Virus record (IMG/VR): IMGVR_UViG_3300037400_006508
Coordinates: 79,526 to 143,525 of that record
Length of the DNA: 64,000 bases
Strand: one strand, 5' to 3'
Source of the DNA: a virus
Lineage: Duplodnaviria > Caudoviricetes
Of this stretch, positions 57,885 to 64,000 are shown in pieces. Below the pieces are notes generated by a model that saw only the letters and a list, made by a program, of their open reading frames with translations, ran no database searches and had not been told where the DNA came from. The position numbers and the translations under genes were made by a program. Numbering within the stretch: position 1 is the first letter of the stretch; the number at the start of each line of letters is the position of its first letter.

Positions 57885-58488
57885 AGACAGGGTAACGGCC
57901 AGAGGGGCAATCGACGCGAGATGGGTTTCGGAGGAGGAATCCATCCCGTTTTTCAAGAATCACAACGCTCTTTCGTATACGGCGGCGGATGTCATGGCTT
58001 CCGCATACGGCGGAGACATAGGGCGGATACCGAAATACGTCGGTTTCCTGTACGGGGACGAGCAGCAGCCGCCTCTTCTTCCGGAAGTGATAGACAGATA
58101 CATGACATGGGATTCCTTGAAGGCTCTGACCGAGGACATAGAGGGAAACCTCCTGGTCGTCAGGTTTTCCAGGAAGCCCACGATAACAACTTCGTTCGAG
58201 GACAGCAACGACCTTGGGCTTTACGACGGAAATATAGTCGAGTTCCATGCCGTCACGCGGTCCGGCGAAGACGGCGTATACGCAAACGACACGTCCGGCG
58301 AGTCGAAGTTCGCCGGCAAGTTCGAGTCCGGGAAATGGCTATACAGGGCAGTTCTCCTGGGTGATCCGAAGGACTGCGAACCCGGTTACACCGTACTTGG
58401 CATGGCGTCGTTGAAAAAGAACGGCGCCTATAGGGCCAAGCCTTCCGAGTACGAGCTTGCATTGGACTGGCGCATAGTCTTTAACTGA
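57877..58488 (+). CDS. baseplate/fibre-attachment protein (putative)
   Basis: Position. Ends KPSEYELALDWRIVF. Confidence 0.55.
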   Translation: MIEDRVTARGAIDARWVSEEESIPFFKNHNALSYTAADVMASAYGGDIGRIPKYVGFLYGDEQQPPLLPEVIDRYMTWDSLKALTEDIEGNLLVVRFSRKPTITTSFEDSNDLGLYDGNIVEFHAVTRSGEDGVYANDTSGESKFAGKFESGKWLYRAVLLGDPKDCEPGYTVLGMASLKKNGAYRAKPSEYELALDWRIVFN

Positions 58489-58499
58489 GGTACCTACAC

Positions 58500-61490
58500 A
58501 TGGCTACATGGCCCACCGTAAAAGGAGTCGAAAACGGCCAGAACGTGGATGAAGCCACCTTCAACAGGCCGATCGCGGAGCTTGCCGAGCGCACCGACTA
58601 TCTTAAGAGGAGGCTTGACGCCCTGACCGGGCTCGATTCGGTTCGGTCGGAGATACGGCTGTCCCCGGACGAGACGTTCCATGTCGGCGATATAGTATGC
58701 GTGAACCCGGAGACGAAGCTGTATACAAAGGCCATCGCCTCCATGAGTCTCTACGACGCGTACACGGCATCAGTCAAGGCGTATGCGGTCGGAATACTCG
58801 TACGAGTCGACGGGGCGGCCGGCACCGTGTGCCTTTATGGAAAGGTGGAGCTTGATAGCCTTAATGTGAGTATGCCGGATCTCATGGAGGCCGGCGAGAC
58901 GTTCAGGAACGGCGAGTACTACCTGTCGTCGACAACGGCCGGAAAGATAACCAGGCATCCAAAGGGGCCAAGGATACTTGTAGGGTTCTTCTGCAAGAAG
59001 GAGGCCGTGTCCGGCGACCATTCAGGCGATTTTGCTCTGATAAATCCGCAGCACATGGATATCGAGGCGCACTCGCATCGTACGTACGTTCTGACGCCTC
59101 GTCCGGCCGGCGAGGTGTATGCGGAGTACGAGGACGAGTCGAACGGGATAATATCCGGATACAGGGTAATAGGGTTCAGGCCGGATGACGGCACCGAGGT
59201 AGCCCCCAGGATGACGATCTGCGGGGATTGGACCACAAGCCTGTATGCGTCGTACACGGTGACGCTGGACGACGGTGTCGGAAATACGCCGACATCGTGG
59301 CCTTGCCGTCTTACCTGGGTATGCGAGGACGATTCGGACAGAGGTACCGGAACGGTCGACGTCAAGTTCTTCGGCGATGAAGTCGCGGTCGGAACCCTGG
59401 GCCTTGCCGTCAGATTCGACCCATACCCGTCAGGAAGCCTCGACAGACCGTTTCCGGAAGACTACGATGGCGGAAGGGTATGGACCGCAAACAGGGATCT
59501 TGGAAGAGGCTGGGCAGCGGCTTCGGTAAACAGGGTCGAGTCGTTTGACGGCTCGTATGTAAGGCTTACGGGAGTGTCTCCGGAAAAGACGATAACGCAT
59601 GCGTATTTCTGCATACCGTACCACATATACGATCTCACGTCGATCTTCCAGGATGGTATAACCGCCGGAATGACGTTGTCGCTCGGCGGCGAGGACTTCG
59701 TGTTCGTAAACGAGGAATACGAGTATTCTGGCACGGCAAAGGTCGTATACATAGCAGACGACGAGAACATCTTCGATACGCTTGTGGCTCTGGCCGAGAA
59801 ATCCGATATGGCCGTTATGTACAACGTGCAGGAGAAGCAGGTGCTGTTCGGCGATATAGAGGGAGACGAAGTCGTCACGGTGAACGGGCTGACGGCGCAG
59901 CCAAGATTCACAGAGCAGGGTCTTGGACTCCTGTTTGACATGCAATCGAAGGAGTCGCTTGCCGTACCAATATCGATAGGAAGGGAATTTTACTCCGTAA
60001 TAGCTCCGGCCGCGTGGACCACTTTCGACGTGGAGCACGGGTTCAGCCTGTCGTTCATGGGCGACACCCCGCCGTCCGGATCGTACTTCCAGTTTGACGC
60101 GAACAACGGGTGTCCTGGTTCCGTGTACAGATATGCCGTGGAGTTCGACAACGACCTGAAGAAGCACTTCCCGCCAGTTCCTGCGAAGTCCGGATCGCTC
60201 ATGCTGAACGGCGTGGAGCTGGAGCCGTACGAGCAGTACGGGGAGGAGTCGGTATTCGGCATTGGCGACGATTCCATATACTGGAGAGACCCATCGTACG
60301 GGCGTGCTCCGTGGCCTACGGAATGCTCCGATAGGAATTCCACGGTAGACGTGGAGGACGAATACAGGATACTGTTCCATTTTGTGTCGGAGTTCCATTC
60401 CGAGACGGGGCCCGTTACATCGTTGAGGCCCGCGGAGGGATCGCCCATAAAGGTGTATAGATGCGGAACCGACGAGGATGCGACGGTAGGCGATCTGTCT
60501 CTTGACGTAAAGCTCGAGTTCGATGCGTCCGACAGCGGGGAGTCCGGATACAAGGTCGTCAAGCGCACCCGCGGGAACAGGCTTCTTTTGGGGCCTGTGG
60601 TTGAAAGGATCATAGCCGGTCCGGGAATCTCAATTTCAAACGAGACGGGCCAGGGGACGGTAACCATATCCGCGGACGGTACGGAGTACAACGGTGATTT
60701 CGAGACGGTTGCGCTGGAGAACGCGAAGCTGGAGTCCGTCGGGATGTTCCCGTACATACGTTTCCTCAAGTGGAGCGACTCCGGTTCCAACATACCGACC
60801 GGTTTTGTCGCCAAATTCCATCTTCCGGCGACAGCGCACGACGCCGTGTACCGAGTGAAGTTCTACGCAACCGTTTTCGGCGAGGAGTCGTTCTCGAACC
60901 AGACGTCTCCGATGACGGCCGGAGTGGCGATGGACTACAACATTCTTCCGGACTTCAGCATGGACGGATCCGATCCGACGACGGCCAATCTCAAGACCGG
61001 GCTCATAAAGCCGAACAAAGAGGCCGTCCTCGATATACCGTTCGGTGTCCAGACCGGGCAGAACTCGTACGACTACTCCGCATTCGATCCTATTCTGATA
61101 CACAACGATTCGACGATCGCGGACGAGGCAGGGGTCAGCCAGCAGGTATACGACGCGTCTTTCCCGAACAAGACGGATTGCTCCGAGTACGTCGCGGCCC
61201 ATTCTATAACATGGGCGTTCGGCATACGTCCGGGCTATACCGTGGCCATCCGCTTCTCCAGGACAGATCCTAGCACGGGAGTTCCGTACGAGTATCCGAT
61301 AGGGTTCCTGAATCTGCGCTGGAGGGTGGAGGAAGTCGCCACCGTCGACGCCGTAAGGGAGGGATACCTGGATGATCTTGTCACGAGGACGGTGGTGAAC
61401 CTCCGGAAGGCCGCCAAGAGCTCTGGCCCCATGACAAACAGCTACGAAGTGGTCGACGTGATACAGAAGATCCTAAATGCCCTTAAGTGA
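58500..61490 (+). CDS. tail fibre/baseplate-attached protein
   Basis: N-terminal FNRPIAELAERTDYLKRRL (fibre-attachment motif). YYLSSTTAGKIT; IIAGPGISI..GTVTISA. Confidence 0.7.
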   Translation: MATWPTVKGVENGQNVDEATFNRPIAELAERTDYLKRRLDALTGLDSVRSEIRLSPDETFHVGDIVCVNPETKLYTKAIASMSLYDAYTASVKAYAVGILVRVDGAAGTVCLYGKVELDSLNVSMPDLMEAGETFRNGEYYLSSTTAGKITRHPKGPRILVGFFCKKEAVSGDHSGDFALINPQHMDIEAHSHRTYVLTPRPAGEVYAEYEDESNGIISGYRVIGFRPDDGTEVAPRMTICGDWTTSLYASYTVTLDDGVGNTPTSWPCRLTWVCEDDSDRGTGTVDVKFFGDEVAVGTLGLAVRFDPYPSGSLDRPFPEDYDGGRVWTANRDLGRGWAAASVNRVESFDGSYVRLTGVSPEKTITHAYFCIPYHIYDLTSIFQDGITAGMTLSLGGEDFVFVNEEYEYSGTAKVVYIADDENIFDTLVALAEKSDMAVMYNVQEKQVLFGDIEGDEVVTVNGLTAQPRFTEQGLGLLFDMQSKESLAVPISIGREFYSVIAPAAWTTFDVEHGFSLSFMGDTPPSGSYFQFDANNGCPGSVYRYAVEFDNDLKKHFPPVPAKSGSLMLNGVELEPYEQYGEESVFGIGDDSIYWRDPSYGRAPWPTECSDRNSTVDVEDEYRILFHFVSEFHSETGPVTSLRPAEGSPIKVYRCGTDEDATVGDLSLDVKLEFDASDSGESGYKVVKRTRGNRLLLGPVVERIIAGPGISISNETGQGTVTISADGTEYNGDFETVALENAKLESVGMFPYIRFLKWSDSGSNIPTGFVAKFHLPATAHDAVYRVKFYATVFGEESFSNQTSPMTAGVAMDYNILPDFSMDGSDPTTANLKTGLIKPNKEAVLDIPFGVQTGQNSYDYSAFDPILIHNDSTIADEAGVSQQVYDASFPNKTDCSEYVAAHSITWAFGIRPGYTVAIRFSRTDPSTGVPYEYPIGFLNLRWRVEEVATVDAVREGYLDDLVTRTVVNLRKAAKSSGPMTNSYEVVDVIQKILNALK

Positions 61491-62413
61491 TGTCGACGAT
61501 AAATCCAGGCTGGTTAAACCAGAATTCCCAAAGAACATACCCGTTCGCGGAGGACTCTAGACTGAGGCCGACGCTGGACGGCGTTCCGTCGGAGGACTAC
61601 AGGTTTCCGCTGGGCGGAGTGCTGGATCTCATGCTCGAGACGTCGAAGCCGGACGACGTCAGATCCGTGTACATGAGCACGTTCACGCTTGCGGGCGGCG
61701 TCGCGACGATCGCGTTCTCCGATGTTGCGTCACGGGAGCTTCTGGCTTCTGCGTCGTGTACGAGGACCGACGACACCTATACGCCTGTCAATTTCACCGG
61801 ATTCGGAAAACACGACGATATACGTGGTACCGTCGTATTCGGCGAATTCTCGAAGGTGTACGACAAGCTTCCGGACGGCATATATTCGTTCGAGCCGGAG
61901 GAGACGACGTTCGAGGCAAGGTGCGTCAGGCCGTCGGTTCCGTGCGTCAGCGGCGTGTTTGTCACAAAGGCCTACGGTGACATGGAGTCGTCCCGTCTTA
62001 GAGGGGATGTGGCGTTGATCGCCGGAAGAAACGTGCATTTGGACTATGACGAAGCCGACAACGCCATCATAATCAGCGCCGACTCCAGGTACGACTACAA
62101 CGACAAATGCGATTGCGGAGACGCGGACAGGAATCCGGTGGTCACCATAAACGGAATTAGCGCCGATGATGTGGTAATAGAGGGCGACGACTGTGTGAAC
62201 GTAGAGGTTTCCGACGGCAGGATAAAGATCTCAGACACCTGCTCGAAACCGTGCTGCGGGTGCGCGGAGCTTACGTTTTTGAATGAGAAGTCCAACCTTC
62301 TTACAACAGCCCTGGGGAAGCTTGAGAACTATTCCAACAACCTGGAGAACAGGCTGAACGAGTTTGTGATGAACGCCCTTCTTTCGGAGCGTTCATCCAT
62401 GAAGTACGTGTAG
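61490..62413 (+). CDS. Cys-knot fibre-associated protein, paralogue family member 1
   Basis: WLNQNSQRTYPF N-terminus. TINGI, EGDDC, CSKPCCGC, then coiled coil. Confidence 0.65.
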   Translation: MSTINPGWLNQNSQRTYPFAEDSRLRPTLDGVPSEDYRFPLGGVLDLMLETSKPDDVRSVYMSTFTLAGGVATIAFSDVASRELLASASCTRTDDTYTPVNFTGFGKHDDIRGTVVFGEFSKVYDKLPDGIYSFEPEETTFEARCVRPSVPCVSGVFVTKAYGDMESSRLRGDVALIAGRNVHLDYDEADNAIIISADSRYDYNDKCDCGDADRNPVVTINGISADDVVIEGDDCVNVEVSDGRIKISDTCSKPCCGCAELTFLNEKSNLLTTALGKLENYSNNLENRLNEFVMNALLSERSSMKYV

Positions 62414-62421
62414 GTGCTGCC

Positions 62422-63918
62422 GTGAGGAACGCGGGATACCTTACATCTAACGCAAACACGATGTGGCCGTTCGACGAGGACGACCCGAGATCGCTGTTGC
62501 AGGTGTCAAGGATGTTCGCCGACGGTTTCGCGACAGTATACCCGGACGAGGATATAGACGAAGTCGTGGTACGGGATATACGGGTATCTTCAAACGAGGT
62601 GTCGTTCGCCGTGTATAAAGTAAAGGGAGGGGAATCGGTATCGTCCAACAGCATTGCCGCACGGATAGACAGGGAAAGGCCGTACGCTACGGCCGTTCCG
62701 TCCGAGGCCGGCTGGAGCGCATTCGTCCTCGACGTGTTCCAGGTTCTCCAGAATGACGGTATGTCGTTTCCCGGACCGTTCAGGATGTCGGACTCGTCCT
62801 TGTACGCAAGGGCCAACAGGGTTCTGTCGTTCACGCTTGTCAACGGCGAGGAGAGAAGCGGAAAAATTTCCGGAAACGTCAAGTTCAAGGCCGGTACGAA
62901 CATGTACGTCGGAAGCGATATACTGCAGGCGTCGTACATCATGCCGATAACGGAGGACAAGAAGGGCGTTGTGATTTCCGCCATTCCCGGGGCCGGCGCC
63001 GGAAGGGTTCCGTGCGAGATTCCGGTCGACTGCGGCGAAGGGTCCGGCAACATAAAACCGGACGAGATGGGAGATGTGGTGTTCGAGGGGGACGACTGCC
63101 ACCAGATCGTTCCTGTAGACGAGCCATGGACGGACGAATCTGGTATAAAGCACGTGTCCGTCAAGATCATAGGCAAGTGCACCGCATGCTGCCAGTGCGA
63201 CGACTATGTGGACATAGGAAACAGGCTTGCCGGGGAGAGCGAGAGGCTGTCCGATGTGTATTCCATGATAAAGAGGGATTCAAGCGTCTACAACGCGTAC
63301 GCCAGGAAGTTCAACCAGAGCGTGTACCGCGTGTCGGCCGATGAGCTGCTCGTCCATTGCGTGGCGATGAGCCAGAACAGGAATGTCGGCTCTGCGCATT
63401 CTGTCAATATGGGAAGTAGCGGAATATCGGGGTCGATAGACAGGGCGAATGCGAGCCTTACGATAAAGAATACGTCCATTTGCGACGTATCCTGCACAGT
63501 ATATGCGCAGATGGACCCGCAACGCATAGTGATGGCAACCATCATACGGCCTACCAGATCGGACGATACGAGCACGAGCGTCGTATCCGAGACCATAGAT
63601 TGCTCGAACATGTGGTACGACGACCCGTCGAACGACTGCTGCGACCCGTCGAACGACTGCTATGACCCGTTGAATCCAGAAAATTGCGACCTGTACGACG
63701 CAGGCCCCGCCTTTTTCAAGTCCGGCGTGGATGTTCCGTCCGGGTCCTCCGTCAATATAATACTGTACGGTTCCAAGGCGAACACCACAACCCCGAACCG
63801 GGAGTGCAAGGTCAACGGATTCGTTACTTTTTCGTGGATGGAACGCGATCCGTACGGGTCGAACGATACGGTCCCCAGGCAGCTTGTAAGGAAGTTTTCA
63901 GCGGAGCAGAGGACATGA
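62422..63918 (+). CDS. Cys-knot fibre-associated protein, paralogue family member 2
   Basis: YLTSNANTMWPF N-terminus. EGDDC, CTACCQC, coiled coil, DPSNDC repeats. Confidence 0.65.
   Translation: MRNAGYLTSNANTMWPFDEDDPRSLLQVSRMFADGFATVYPDEDIDEVVVRDIRVSSNEVSFAVYKVKGGESVSSNSIAARIDRERPYATAVPSEAGWSAFVLDVFQVLQNDGMSFPGPFRMSDSSLYARANRVLSFTLVNGEERSGKISGNVKFKAGTNMYVGSDILQASYIMPITEDKKGVVISAIPGAGAGRVPCEIPVDCGEGSGNIKPDEMGDVVFEGDDCHQIVPVDEPWTDESGIKHVSVKIIGKCTACCQCDDYVDIGNRLAGESERLSDVYSMIKRDSSVYNAYARKFNQSVYRVSADELLVHCVAMSQNRNVGSAHSVNMGSSGISGSIDRANASLTIKNTSICDVSCTVYAQMDPQRIVMATIIRPTRSDDTSTSVVSETIDCSNMWYDDPSNDCCDPSNDCYDPLNPENCDLYDAGPAFFKSGVDVPSGSSVNIILYGSKANTTTPNRECKVNGFVTFSWMERDPYGSNDTVPRQLVRKFSAEQRT
63622..63670 (+). 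repeat. 21-nt tandem repeat encoding DPSNDC(C/Y)
   Basis: gacccgtcgaacgactgctgc / gacccgtcgaacgactgctat / gacccg. Confidence 0.85.
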
Positions 63919-64000
63919 GGACTTCACCGAACTGGTTGGTCGGAAATGCCGTCGAGACCGTGCAATGGGAGAATTCAAACACCGGCACGGCCTATCCGAT
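63915..64000 (+). CDS. start of third paralogue (3'-truncated by window edge)
   Basis: ATGA overlap. Translates MRTSPNWLVGNAVETVQWENSNTGTAYP, matching the W-x-N-x-N-x4-YP motif of the two preceding genes. Confidence 0.6.
   Translation, partial: MRTSPNWLVGNAVETVQWENSNTGTAYP

Noticed and set aside
38380-58488. Non-phage contractile injection system (eCIS/tailocin/T6SS)
   Set aside because: The linked prohead protease, scaffold, capsid and neck genes indicate a complete phage virion.
1-64000. Stop-codon recoding (TAG/TGA reassigned), as in some large gut phages
   Set aside because: Code-11 ORFs tile the window with minimal gaps. TAG, TGA and TAA all end genes directly before the next start.

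Overview
A 64-kb, fully + strand, densely packed segment of a large contractile-tailed phage (myovirus-type, probably jumbo; standard genetic code, TAG used as stop). Layout: (1) 1-6.8 kb, receptor-binding/fibre-type genes (BspA-like LRR protein) and a GT8 glycosyltransferase. (2) 6.8-31.4 kb, about 20 uncharacterised genes sharing an N-terminal 'MTxYExGFLxKCA...KxA' leader and/or dense K-x-A motifs, often with glycine-zipper hydrophobic hairpins. They surround a bacterial-type multisubunit RNA polymerase of unusual architecture: beta fused to the N-terminal (catalytic) half of beta', with the C-terminal half of beta' encoded 2.2 kb downstream. (3) 31.4-38.4 kb, head module (prohead protease, scaffold, decoration, major capsid, neck). 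(4) 38.4-64 kb, tail module (sheath, tube, spike, -1 frameshifted chaperones, tape measure, baseplate, fibre-like proteins) with a sigma70-family gene inside it. Best candidate for an undescribed system: two short protein 'address codes' with complementary distributions. K-x-A plus a conserved leader marks putative capsid-internal, protease-processed cargo. (D/E/G/P)-S-N-D marks putative external tail/baseplate proteins and may be the acceptor site of the phage GT8. All functional calls come from motif recognition by eye; no database searches were run. No portal, large terminase, RNAP alpha/omega, tRNA or CRISPR array was recognised in the window.
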